Under the pieces are notes generated by a model, which worked only from the letters and a program-made list of their open reading frames with translations, was not told the origin of the DNA and searched no databases. DNA of 51,795 nucleotides from Hyphomicrobiaceae bacterium (GTDB lineage Bacteria; Pseudomonadota; Alphaproteobacteria; Rhizobiales; Hyphomicrobiaceae), in NCBI GenBank assembly GCA_050186055.1, contig JBFWYV010000001.1, forward strand, positions 1 through 51,795, written 5' to 3'. Below, piece by piece: positions 8,567-17,053 of this stretch. The position numbers and the translations under genes are program-made. Position 1 is the first letter of the stretch, and each line of letters opens with the position of its first letter.

Positions 8567-9358
8567 ATGGAGCCATTTCTTGTTCGGGCCTTGGCCGCCG
8601 GTCTCGGTCTTGCCGTCATTGCCGCGCCGCTCGGATGCTTCCTCGTCTGGCAGCGGATGGCATTCTTCGGCGAGACGGTGGCCCATGCCAGCTTGATCGG
8701 CATCGCACTTGCGTTGGCATTCGATCTCGACATGACGGCGAGCGCGCTGGCGGTGGCTGGACTGGTCGCCATCGTGCTGTTTGCCCTCTCGCGCCAGCGG
8801 ATCCTTCCCGTGGACTCGCTGTTGAGCCTGCTGTCTCATGCCTCGCTTGCCGTTGGCGTCCTTGCGGCGGCGCTGGTGAAAGGCAGCTCGATCGATCTCA
8901 TGGCCTATCTCTTCGGCGACATCTTCGCGGTCACGACCACGGATCTTGCATGGCTGGCCGCCGGCGGCATCGCCGTGTTGATTGCTCTTCGCCTGCTGTG
9001 GAAGCCGTTGCTCGCCCTGGCCGTGCACGAGGAGCTTGCTGTCGCGGAGGGCGTCAACCGGGATCGGGTCAAGATCGCTTTCGTGCTGCTGTTGGCCGTT
9101 CTGGTCGCGATGGCGATGAAGCTCGTCGGCGTGCTGCTGACGGTGGCATTCCTGGTCATCCCGGCTGCCGCGGCCCGTCCGCTGTCCCGCACGCCGGAAC
9201 GGATGGTCATGCTCGCAGCGGGCGCCGCCGCCGTCGGCGTGGTTGCCGGCCTGGGCTTGTCCTGGGGGCTGGATGCGCCGGGCGGGCCGTCGATTGTCGT
9301 GGCTCTCGCGGTCCTGGCGCTTGCATCGCTGTCCATAGCGGCTTTGCGCAACCATTGA
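8567..9358 (+). CDS. znuB: Metal (Zn/Mn) ABC transporter permease, ZnuB-like
   Basis: 263-aa polytopic protein with FLVWQRMAFFGETVAHASLIGIAL and DLMAYLFGDI, typical of the ABC-3 permease family. No cognate ATPase or binding protein is adjacent. Confidence 0.8.
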   Translation: MEPFLVRALAAGLGLAVIAAPLGCFLVWQRMAFFGETVAHASLIGIALALAFDLDMTASALAVAGLVAIVLFALSRQRILPVDSLLSLLSHASLAVGVLAAALVKGSSIDLMAYLFGDIFAVTTTDLAWLAAGGIAVLIALRLLWKPLLALAVHEELAVAEGVNRDRVKIAFVLLLAVLVAMAMKLVGVLLTVAFLVIPAAAARPLSRTPERMVMLAAGAAAVGVVAGLGLSWGLDAPGGPSIVVALAVLALASLSIAALRNH

Positions 9359-9539
9359 TTGAATCAGCAACGTTGCAGCGAACATGGCGACCGTTACCTG
9401 TCGGGCGTCGTTGACCCGATCCTTCCGGATACGATGAAACCACCGTCAAGCATGGCAGTAGCTGCAACAAGCGTCTGAATCACAACACGATTCGCGCAAA
9501 ATTAGCCTTCATTGCGCCTCGACCTCGCCTCCCGAATCG

Positions 9540-10316
9540 GTGAGGTATGACCTCGCGTTTCAACCTGTACGCGAGGACAAATTGAGATATGCAACCCGAC
9601 AGGCCGGTGCTCTGGCGATTGCGGGGTTACTGGCCGTTCCATTGCTTGCAACCCAAGGTTACGAATCGACATCGGCGCGCGGTGTTGCGCCATCATCCGG
9701 CAGTACCGTTGCCGGCGCAGCCCGCGTGGTCGACGGCGATACCATCGTAATCGGCGATGTCAGGGTCCGCCTCGAGGGCATCGATGCTCCGGAGACGTCC
9801 CAGAACTGCAGTCGTTCGCTGATTGGAAACTGGGCCTGCGGTCACGAGGCGGCGCGCCACCTCGACCGGCTGGTTCGCGGCCGCCAGGTCGAATGCAGAA
9901 GCGTCGGCGCCGACCGCTATGGACGCATGCTTGGCATTTGCACGGTGGCAGGTCGGGATATCAACGCCGCCATGATCCGCGACGGCATGGCCTGGGCGTT
10001 TGTCAGGTATTCGACCCGCTACGTCGGCATCGAGGCACAGGCCCGCCAGAAGAAACTGGGGATTTGGCAAGGCAAGGCCCAGCGGCCGTGGGACTACCGG
10101 GCCGAGCAGTGGACATCGGCCGAAGCCGCCTCGCGCGCTGAGGCGCCGGCCGGCTGCGTGATCAAGGGAAACATCACGAACAAGGGCCGCCTCTACCACA
10201 CGCCCTGGAGCCACTGGTACGCGAGGACGAAGATCGACACGGCCAAGGGCGAGCGCTGGTTCTGCAACGAAGCGGAGGCGGTGGCAGCCGGGTGGCGGCC
10301 CGCCTCTATTCACTGA
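9540..10316 (+). CDS. Secreted thermonuclease (staphylococcal nuclease-like) with a C-terminal Cys-containing 'sunset'-like domain
   Basis: SNase core: VVDGDTIVIGDVRVRLEGIDAPE..YGRMLGIC..G.DINAAMIRDGMAWAF. C-terminal module: CVIKGNITNKGRLYHTPWSHWYARTKIDTAKGERWFCNEAEAVAAGWR. The start is uncertain; an in-frame TTG just before RYATRQAGALAIAGLLAVPLLA would give a cleaner signal peptide. Confidence 0.75.
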   Translation: MRYDLAFQPVREDKLRYATRQAGALAIAGLLAVPLLATQGYESTSARGVAPSSGSTVAGAARVVDGDTIVIGDVRVRLEGIDAPETSQNCSRSLIGNWACGHEAARHLDRLVRGRQVECRSVGADRYGRMLGICTVAGRDINAAMIRDGMAWAFVRYSTRYVGIEAQARQKKLGIWQGKAQRPWDYRAEQWTSAEAASRAEAPAGCVIKGNITNKGRLYHTPWSHWYARTKIDTAKGERWFCNEAEAVAAGWRPASIH

Positions 10317-10330
10317 CGAAACATCGGAAT

Positions 10331-10394
10331 GGCGGGCAAACCCGCCTCTCCGCGGCAAGCCGGCACCTCCACCATCCACCCCCCGGCTTGCCGC
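10331..10394. terminator. Two GC-rich hairpins between convergent genes (likely bidirectional terminator)
   Basis: Hairpin 1 is ggcggg-caaa-cccgcc (10331-10346). Hairpin 2 is a perfect 12-bp stem, gcggcaagccgg (10352-10363) with ccggcttgccgc (10383-10394). Confidence 0.55.
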
Positions 10395-10416
10395 CCCCCG
10401 TTTGGGAAATGGTCCG

Positions 10417-11736
10417 CTATTTCTTTTTCGCGTCCTTTTTGGCGGCGGCCTCGGTTTCGGCCTTCTTCCTTTCGATCTTCTCGATCTCCGCTGCTGCCTT
10501 TTCGGCCTCTGTGATCGATCGTTTCTGGGCGACCGTCAGCCGCTTGTCGTCGTCGCTTTCATCCAGCGCACGCATGACGCGAAACCCGGTGTAATTGTTC
10601 GCCGCACCCGCCATTATCCGGTCGCGGGCGGCAAGACGCGTCTGCGCCAGGTTGCTGTTCCAGGCGCCGCCCTTCACAACGAATGCGGAGCACGGGCCCT
10701 GCTGTCCGGACGGAACGCTATCGGCGCAATCGGCGGTCATTTCGGCAACGTTGCCGTGCACGTCCGCCAACCCGAAACCGTTCGATGACAGCGATCCGCC
10801 GGCCACGGACCCGTCACGGGTGCGGCCGAAATTGGCCTGCGACGTCAGCAGCCTGTCACCGCTGGCATACGCCCCCGCACTGTTGGCGCGCGCCATGTAT
10901 TCCCATTCGGCCTCGCTCAGAAGCGTGTACTTTCGACCCGTCACGCCCGAGAGCCATCCCACGAACTGGCTGGCGTTCTCGTGCCGGATGCAAACCACGG
11001 GATGTCGATTGTCCTGTTCGAACCCCGGACGGCGCCAGTCCCACGTCCCGCGACGCCGTGATCCGACATCGCAGTCTTGCGCGATATCGGTCCCGCTTTG
11101 CTTCACGAACTCCGCGAACTCGCTGCGCAGAATCTCCAGCCGGCTGACCGCAAACGGCTTTTCAATGGAGAGCCGGATCGGCTTGTGCTCGGCGGTGCTC
11201 CGCCCCGGTTCCGTCTCAGCCGAACCGAATGTGAAGGTCCCGCTCGGCACGACCACCATCTCGGGGCAGTGCGGGCAGTCCTTGAACGGGATCTTGCTGT
11301 AGTCGTTCGTCAGTTCGCTGTCGGGGTCCTGTTCGCTGTCGGAGGCTTCAGTCTTGCTCGCGTCGTTGCTGGATGACTTGGCATCGCCCGGGGTCGGCAT
11401 TTTCGCCGCGGCTTGGGCGCCTGACGCAGACGCCGCTCCGGAGTCGGACGAGGCACCGCCGCCGCCCTGCTGCTTGCCGCCGCCTTGCTCCCCGGTATAG
11501 TTGAACTGGCCGTCGCCTGCGGCCTTCTTGCGCTCGATCTGGCCTGCCCGTGGTCCGAGCTCCAGTTTCGAGTTGTCCTCGATCCAGAACATGATGAAGA
11601 GGACCGAGCCGAGTGCTGCCGCGGTACTGGACAGCAGCAGCCGCCGGTGTTTGTTGGCGAGGCCGGCCTCCATCGCCCATGCAACTCCGCCCAGCATGGC
11701 GATCAGCAACCAGAATAGAATATCCAAGGAACTCAT
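10417..11736 (-). CDS. Membrane-anchored formylglycine-generating enzyme (FGE/SUMF1) family protein
   Basis: N-terminal TM segments, then a Gly/Ser/Ala-rich linker. The FGE-sulfatase domain reads MVVVPSGTFTFGS..RHPVVCIRHENASQFVGWLS..YTLLSEAEWEYMAR..GLADVHGNVAEM..VVKGGAW..YTGFRV. The C-terminal tail is Lys/Glu/Ala-rich. Confidence 0.8.
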   Translation of the reverse strand: MSSLDILFWLLIAMLGGVAWAMEAGLANKHRRLLLSSTAAALGSVLFIMFWIEDNSKLELGPRAGQIERKKAAGDGQFNYTGEQGGGKQQGGGGASSDSGAASASGAQAAAKMPTPGDAKSSSNDASKTEASDSEQDPDSELTNDYSKIPFKDCPHCPEMVVVPSGTFTFGSAETEPGRSTAEHKPIRLSIEKPFAVSRLEILRSEFAEFVKQSGTDIAQDCDVGSRRRGTWDWRRPGFEQDNRHPVVCIRHENASQFVGWLSGVTGRKYTLLSEAEWEYMARANSAGAYASGDRLLTSQANFGRTRDGSVAGGSLSSNGFGLADVHGNVAEMTADCADSVPSGQQGPCSAFVVKGGAWNSNLAQTRLAARDRIMAGAANNYTGFRVMRALDESDDDKRLTVAQKRSITEAEKAAAEIEKIERKKAETEAAAKKDAKKK

Positions 11737-11995
11737 GGCGCACCGCGAGTTTTCCGCCCCCGATCAAGCCGGACTGATTAACGCCATTTGCTTAAGGAAC
11801 TGTCAGTCCGGCCGCTGCTCCCGCCAACGACCGGCGGCAGCAAAGGTCCCGCCGGTCCTGCGCGGTTTCGCCGTACCTACAAAATGAAGGCCACGCAGCG
11901 CCATTTCTTGACACTTTCGGGGCTCGCTCACTATGGTGCGCGCCGTCGATCAACCCGCCGGAATCCGAACACACGCTTCCGGGGGAGGTATTGTT

Positions 11996-12397
11996 ATGTC
12001 TAGGAGCGGACAGAATCCTGGTCCAACGCGCCGCGACCTCTCACCCGAGGAACAGGAGGCGTTGAGGCAAAGGGCGTCCGCGCTGGGCAAGCGTCTGGAC
12101 CAGGTCAAGGCGCGAAAGGCACCACCTCCCTCACACCAGAATGCACGTGGACGGGCCTTTGGCGAGGCCTTCAAGATCGTAGCGGAGCTGGTGGTCGGCG
12201 TGGCCGTCGGCGGTGGGATAGGGTGGTTCCTGGATCGCCAGTTCGGCAGTACGCCGTGGCTTCTGGTGCTGTTCCTGATACTGGGCTTTGCGGGAGGCCT
12301 GCTGAATGTGATCCGCATCGCCCGCCAGATGCAACGCGAGGCCGAGCCGCTGCAACGTGCGGCAAGGCCGGTCGCGGACGACGACGAGGACAGGTAG
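11996..12397 (+). CDS. atpI: ATP synthase protein I (AtpI/AtpZ family)
   Basis: GGGGGAGG RBS at 11981-11988 precedes ATG 11996. It is a small 2-TM protein (IVAELVVGVAVGGGIGWFLD, PWLLVLFLILGFAGGLLN) immediately upstream of atpB. Confidence 0.75.
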   Translation: MSRSGQNPGPTRRDLSPEEQEALRQRASALGKRLDQVKARKAPPPSHQNARGRAFGEAFKIVAELVVGVAVGGGIGWFLDRQFGSTPWLLVLFLILGFAGGLLNVIRIARQMQREAEPLQRAARPVADDDEDR

Positions 12398-12409
12398 GAG
12401 GGATAAGAC

Positions 12410-13174
12410 GTGGCTGCAGGCGCGGCGGAAGGGGCCCACGGCCCCATGCATCAGTTCGAGATCAACCGGATCTTCGAGTTCCCGTTGTTCGGATTTGATG
12501 CCTCCTTCACCAATGCGTCGCTCTTCATGGTGATTGCGCTCATCGCGATCGTCGGCCTCATGCTGTGGGCGGTCTCGCCACGGGCTCTGGTCCCTGGCCG
12601 CGCGCAGTCCGTTGCCGAGCTGCTTTACGAGTATGTCGCCAGCATGGTGCGCGAGAACGTCGGCGACGAAGGCATGAAGTACTTTCCCTGGATCTTCACG
12701 ATCTTCATATTCGTCCTGACCCTGAATATGATCGGGATGATCCCTTACTCGTTCACGGTCACCAGCCACATCATCGTCACGTTCGCGCTGGCCGCGATGG
12801 TCTGGATCGTCGTCACCGTCCTGGGCTTCATGAAGCACGGGGTCGGCTTCCTGAAGCTGTTCCTGCCGTCCGGCCTGCCGTTTTGGCTGATACCGGTCAT
12901 CGTGCCGATCGAGCTGATTTCCTACCTGATCCGTCCGATCAGCCACTCGGTACGACTGTTCGCCAACATGATGGCCGGACACACCATGCTGAAAGTGTTC
13001 GGCGGCTTCATCGTCAGCTTCGCGACCGCCGGCTTCGGCTGGGCGGGTATCGCGCCGCTTGGCTTCATGGTGGCGTTTACGGGACTTGAGTTCCTGGTCG
13101 CCTTCCTGCAGGCGCTGATCTTCGCCGTTCTGACCTGCATCTATCTCAACGACGCGCTTCACATGCATCACTAG
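12410..13174 (+). CDS. atpB: F0F1 ATP synthase subunit a
   Basis: PMHQFEI N-terminus. The conserved Arg helix reads ISHSVRLFANMMAGH. Confidence 0.95.
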   Translation: MAAGAAEGAHGPMHQFEINRIFEFPLFGFDASFTNASLFMVIALIAIVGLMLWAVSPRALVPGRAQSVAELLYEYVASMVRENVGDEGMKYFPWIFTIFIFVLTLNMIGMIPYSFTVTSHIIVTFALAAMVWIVVTVLGFMKHGVGFLKLFLPSGLPFWLIPVIVPIELISYLIRPISHSVRLFANMMAGHTMLKVFGGFIVSFATAGFGWAGIAPLGFMVAFTGLEFLVAFLQALIFAVLTCIYLNDALHMHH

Positions 13175-13260
13175 TGGTTCTTGCCGGCCTTTGCTGCCGG
13201 ACCGGACGCTGAATTCGAAGACAACCGGACACTGCACCTCGTCAAACACGGAGACACCTT

Positions 13261-13485
13261 ATGGAACTCGCAGCAGCAAAGATGATCGGCGCCGGCCTCG
13301 CGTGCAGCGCGCTGATCGGCGCTGGTGTCGGCATCGGCAACATCTTCGGCAATTATCTCGCCGGCGCCATGCGCAACCCGTCTGCCGCACCCGGCCAGTT
13401 CACCAACCTGCTGATCGGCTTTGCTCTGGCCGAAGCGACCGGTCTGTTCGGCCTGCTGATCGCGCTGATCATCCTGTTCGGCTGA
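13261..13485 (+). CDS. atpE: F0F1 ATP synthase subunit c
   Basis: 74-aa hairpin protein: [40 protein letters not shown]. Confidence 0.95.
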   Translation: MELAAAKMIGAGLACSALIGAGVGIGNIFGNYLAGAMRNPSAAPGQFTNLLIGFALAEATGLFGLLIALIILFG

Positions 13486-13513
13486 TCGATCCGGTTGAGA
13501 CGGGTGCCAGGGC

Positions 13514-13538
13514 GCGCCGGCGCAAGCTGCGCCGGTGC
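13514..13538 (+). other. Intercistronic stem-loop between atpE and the b' gene
   Basis: gcgccggcgca (13514-13524) pairs with tgcgccggtgc (13528-13538). This gives an 11-bp stem with one G-U and a 3-nt loop. No U-tract follows. Confidence 0.4.
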
Positions 13539-13588
13539 GCTGGCCTTGTCGCGAGGCGCCCGGCGGTCAATGGGTTGGAGAGAGATCA

Positions 13589-14134
13589 ATGCTTGCTAGT
13601 TTCGCCACCATGGCCGTGGCGCTCGCTGCGGAACCCGAGAGCGGTGGCCTTCCGCAGCTCAACCCGGATGACTTCTCGCCGCAGCTCATCTGGCTGGCCA
13701 TCACCTTCACGCTGCTGTTCGTGCTGTTGAGCAAGGTCGTTCTGCCGAACGTGGGCGGCGTGCTCGAGGAGCGGGCACAGCGCATTCAGCGCGACCTCGA
13801 CGAAGCGGAGCGGATGAAGCTCGAGACGGAAAAGGCCCTTTCCAACTACGAGTCCTCGCTGTCTGCCGCCAGGCAGCGCGCTGGCCTCATCGCCAAGGAT
13901 ATTCGCGACAAGCTCGCCGCCGAGGTCGACGCCGAGCGTGGCAAAGTCGAGGCGCAGATCGCGGCGCGCGTAGCCGAGGCCGAGAAGAGCATCACCGATA
14001 CGAAGACGCGCGCCATGGCCGAGGTCGGCCAGATCGCGACGGAGACGACCGAGGCAATCGTCTCGCAGCTAACCGGTTCGACGGTCAGCCAGGATGAGGT
14101 ACGTCAGGCCGTTCGCGCCGTGGCTGGGGAGTAG
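13589..14134 (+). CDS. F0F1 ATP synthase subunit b' (second b-type subunit)
   Basis: A single N-terminal TM (QLIWLAITFTLLFVLLSKVVLP) is followed by a long charged helix (RIQRDLDEAERMKLETEKAL..). ATG 13589 follows a GGAGAGAG-type RBS. The 13535 start in the track is an extension. Confidence 0.85.
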   Translation: MLASFATMAVALAAEPESGGLPQLNPDDFSPQLIWLAITFTLLFVLLSKVVLPNVGGVLEERAQRIQRDLDEAERMKLETEKALSNYESSLSAARQRAGLIAKDIRDKLAAEVDAERGKVEAQIAARVAEAEKSITDTKTRAMAEVGQIATETTEAIVSQLTGSTVSQDEVRQAVRAVAGE

Positions 14135-14139
14135 GACCA

Positions 14140-14655
14140 ATGCTGACCATGCTGGCTGGCAGCCTGCCGTTCTACCTGACGGCTGAATTCTGGGTCGCCG
14201 TCGCGTTTTTCGGGTTCGTCGGCCTGATCGTCTACTACAAGGTGCCTGCGCTCGTCGGAAAGATGCTCGACGACCGCGCCGACGCCATCCGCAGGGAGAT
14301 CGACGAGGCGCGCCGCCTTCGCGAGGAAGCGCAGGCGCTGCTTGCCGAGTATCACGAGAAGACGCGCGGAGCCGAGGAAGAGGCAAACGCGATCATCGAG
14401 CAGGCTAGGAGCGAGGCGGCTGCGCTCACTGCCGAAACCCGCCGGAACCTGAACGAGATGCTTGAGCGGCGTATGCGACTGGCTGAGGAGAAGATTGCTC
14501 GCGCTGAAGCCCAGGCTCTGGCTGATGTTCGGGCCAGCGCGGTCGACACAGCAATCGACGCCGCCCAACGCATCCTGAGTTCCAGGGCAGTGCCGTCAGC
14601 CGGCTCCACGTTGATCGATCAGAGCATTCGCGATCTGAAGGGCAAGCTGAACTGA
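14140..14655 (+). CDS. atpF: F0F1 ATP synthase subunit b
   Basis: TM (FWVAVAFFGFVGLIVYY) followed by a coiled-coil (IRREIDEARRLREEAQALLAEYHEK..). Confidence 0.9.
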   Translation: MLTMLAGSLPFYLTAEFWVAVAFFGFVGLIVYYKVPALVGKMLDDRADAIRREIDEARRLREEAQALLAEYHEKTRGAEEEANAIIEQARSEAAALTAETRRNLNEMLERRMRLAEEKIARAEAQALADVRASAVDTAIDAAQRILSSRAVPSAGSTLIDQSIRDLKGKLN

Positions 14656-14763
14656 AGGGACCCTCCGGCCGCTGGTTAGTGCTGCTTGCCGACGCCGCGG
14701 CTCCCAGGCTGTAGTGGCAGTGTGCGGCCGGCCCGTGCTGCATTGTCCATCGCTGGGTGACCC

Positions 14764-15792
14764 ATGGTCAGCGCACTCAACCCGCTCGCCGCGGCCGTTC
14801 TGATTGCAGCTTCGGCGGCAGTGACCGCCGCGCTCATTGTCGTATTGCGTCCGCTGCTCGTGCGCTACGCGCTGGCGCGCCCCAATGCACGCTCCAGCCA
14901 TACGATACCGACCCCGCAAGGCGGCGGCATCGCCATCGTGCTGACGGTACTGGCGGCAATCGCGGCGGCAGCAGTATTCGGCCTTCCGGGAAGCCGGGAG
15001 CTGCCGCTGGCGGTCATCGCGCTGGCGGTATTGGTGTTGGCCGTGATCGGCACGGTCGATGACATACGGCCCCTTCCGGTCCTCCCGCGCCTTGCCGGCC
15101 AGCTTCTCGTCGCGGCGGCGCTGATCGCCGTGCTCCCCGCTGAGGCGCGCGCGCTGCCCATCCTTCCGCTCGCCCTAGAGCGCATCGTGCTGATCATCGG
15201 TCTCGTCTGGTTCATCAACCTTACCAACTTCATGGACGGCATCGACTGGATGACCGTCGTTGAGGCGGTGCCGATACTGACCGTGCTCGTGGTTCTGGCT
15301 ATGTCGGGACTTGTGCCGGCGCGGAGCGCCATGCTGGTGCCCGCGCTTGCATTGCTCGGCGGCCTGCTCGGATTTGCCCCATTCAATCGGCACGTCGCCA
15401 AACTGTTTCTGGGCGATGTCGGCAGCCTGCCGGTCGGCATGCTGCTGGGCTGGCTGCTGATTGTTCTGGCGTCGGACGGTTTTCTCATCGCCGCGCTGAT
15501 TCTGCCGCTCTACTATCTGGCCGATGCGACGTTGACGCTCATCTGGCGGTTTCATCGCGGCGAACGCGTGTCGGAGGGCCATCGTTCGCATTTCTATCAG
15601 ACGGCCGTCAGGCTCGGTTTCAGTGTGCCCCGGGTGACGGCGATGGTATTTGCCTTGAACGTGGTGCTGGCAGTGCTCGCCACCCTCGCGGCAATGGCAA
15701 ATGCGCTGATGGCCCAGCTTGTCCTGCTGGCGATCGCAGCGCTCGCGACCGCGCTTGTCTTGCGCGAATTCGCGCGCGGTCCCCGTCGCTGA
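14764..15792 (+). CDS. Polyprenyl-phosphate HexNAc-1-phosphate transferase (GT4 family; WecA/WbpL/MraY-like), initiating enzyme
   Basis: 11-TM type protein with VIGTVDDIRPL and FINLTNFMDGIDW (NxxNxxDGIDG-type motif). It is divergent from the minus-strand glycan genes. Confidence 0.85.
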   Translation: MVSALNPLAAAVLIAASAAVTAALIVVLRPLLVRYALARPNARSSHTIPTPQGGGIAIVLTVLAAIAAAAVFGLPGSRELPLAVIALAVLVLAVIGTVDDIRPLPVLPRLAGQLLVAAALIAVLPAEARALPILPLALERIVLIIGLVWFINLTNFMDGIDWMTVVEAVPILTVLVVLAMSGLVPARSAMLVPALALLGGLLGFAPFNRHVAKLFLGDVGSLPVGMLLGWLLIVLASDGFLIAALILPLYYLADATLTLIWRFHRGERVSEGHRSHFYQTAVRLGFSVPRVTAMVFALNVVLAVLATLAAMANALMAQLVLLAIAALATALVLREFARGPRR

Positions 15793-15826
15793 TTTATCCG
15801 CCACGCCCGCCCCGAAAGACGGACCG

Positions 15827-17053
15827 TCAGATGCCGTCACGCGACAGCAGCGGCGTCAGAAAGGCCGACAGGTTACCGCCGTCGAACAGATGACCCGTGA
15901 TGCCTGCGGCCGCGGCTGCATCCATGTCGATCGTCTTGTCGCCCACCATCAGGCTGCGGCTCGTGTCCACCGGCCAGTCAGCGACGCAGTCGAGCAGCAT
16001 TCCAGGCGCCGGTTTCCGCCTGTCGCTGGCGCGCCGGTAGGCATCGACGACGCCGGCTTCATGGAACGGACAGTACTGGAACGCATCGATATGGGCGCCG
16101 TGTCGCGCAAGCTCGGCGTTCATCCACGCGTGCAGCCGGCGGACATCCTCTTCGCTGTAGAAGCCGCGTGCCACGCCGGCCTGGTTCGTGACCACGAACG
16201 TGTAGTACCCCAGATCGTTGCACAGCTTCACGGCTTCGGCTGCACCATCGATCCACGCAAAATCCTCGCGGCGATAAACGTATCCCTTGTCTTCGTTCAG
16301 CACGCCGTCGCGGTCGAAGAACACAGCCGGCCGCCGGCGGCTGCCGAAATCGGCTCCCGCCCTCTCCAGGTCGGTGGGCACGCCGATGTCGATGAAGTAG
16401 CCGTCATAGAGGCGTGCGCCAAGCTGCCCTGCAGCGGCGAGTCGCGGGAACACCGACTGCTCCAGTGAGCATGGCGCCTCATCGATCAGCTCGAGGATGC
16501 CGCGCCCGGCGCAATAGACTCCGGCATTGATCGGACCGCTTGTTCCGGGTCCCGCCGGCAGAAACCGCGTGACCCGTCCACCATCGACGTCGACCCGGCC
16601 GTAGCGGTCGCCGGGATGATCTCGTTTCAGCGCCATCGTCAGCGACGCCCCATTGCGCCCGGCATCGACCACGAGATCGAGAAAATTGAAGTCGAAATAG
16701 GAATCGCCGTTGAGCAGCAAGAACCGCGGTTCAAGCACGTCGGCCGCGAATTTGAGCGCACCGCCGGTACCGAGCGGAGTTGGTTCCGTGACCACCGAGA
16801 TCCGCGCCCCGCGCCAAGTCCGATCGGCATAGAACTCTGCCACCTGTCCGGCCTTGTAGCCGGCAAGCAGGACGATGCTGGTGATGCCGGGATAGCGCGT
16901 CACCTCGTCGAGAAGGTGTTCCAGAAACGGCCGGCCGCCGACGTCCAGCAGCGGCTTCGGTGTCGACCGGGTGCGTTCCCCCAATCGCGTGCCCAGACCG
17001 CCGACGAGGATGGCCGCCTGGTTCAGCACAGCGCGTCCTCGATGAAGCCGCAT
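15827..17053 (-). CDS. Bifunctional sugar-1-phosphate nucleotidyltransferase (HddC-like) / D,D-heptose 1,7-bisphosphate phosphatase (GmhB, HAD)
   Basis: The N-domain has AILVGGLGTRLGERTRSTPKPLL and LLLNGDSYFD. The C-domain has the HAD motifs FFDRDGVLN, VVTNQAGVARG and RKPAPGM..MVGDKTIDMDAA. An alternative GTG start at 17029 would reduce the overlap with gmhA. Confidence 0.8.
   Translation of the reverse strand: MRLHRGRAVLNQAAILVGGLGTRLGERTRSTPKPLLDVGGRPFLEHLLDEVTRYPGITSIVLLAGYKAGQVAEFYADRTWRGARISVVTEPTPLGTGGALKFAADVLEPRFLLLNGDSYFDFNFLDLVVDAGRNGASLTMALKRDHPGDRYGRVDVDGGRVTRFLPAGPGTSGPINAGVYCAGRGILELIDEAPCSLEQSVFPRLAAAGQLGARLYDGYFIDIGVPTDLERAGADFGSRRRPAVFFDRDGVLNEDKGYVYRREDFAWIDGAAEAVKLCNDLGYYTFVVTNQAGVARGFYSEEDVRRLHAWMNAELARHGAHIDAFQYCPFHEAGVVDAYRRASDRRKPAPGMLLDCVADWPVDTSRSLMVGDKTIDMDAAAAAGITGHLFDGGNLSAFLTPLLSRDGI

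Noticed and set aside
8567-9358. Isolated znuB-like permease without znuA or znuC, considered as a pseudogene or remnant
   Set aside because: The ORF is full-length with intact TM organisation and family motifs. The partner genes may simply lie elsewhere, so there is no evidence of decay in the sequence.
7727-9382. Recurrent GTTGCAGCG(A/T)(A/T) 9-11-mer in three intergenic spots flanking the HNH and znuB genes (7727, 7846, 9372)
   Set aside because: The same core also occurs inside coding sequence (reverse strand within atpI, about 12343-12356). The contexts differ, and one copy is adequately explained as a TTGCAG -35-like element for the HNH gene. That is not enough to call a regulatory motif without a genome-wide count.
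7904-10316. HNH endonuclease plus secreted nuclease as a possible defence island
   Set aside because: The two nuclease genes are separated by an unrelated metal-transport permease, and they differ in localisation (cytoplasmic versus exported). No methylase, ATPase, helicase, toxin-antitoxin or other defence-associated partner is present. They look like independent conserved genes.
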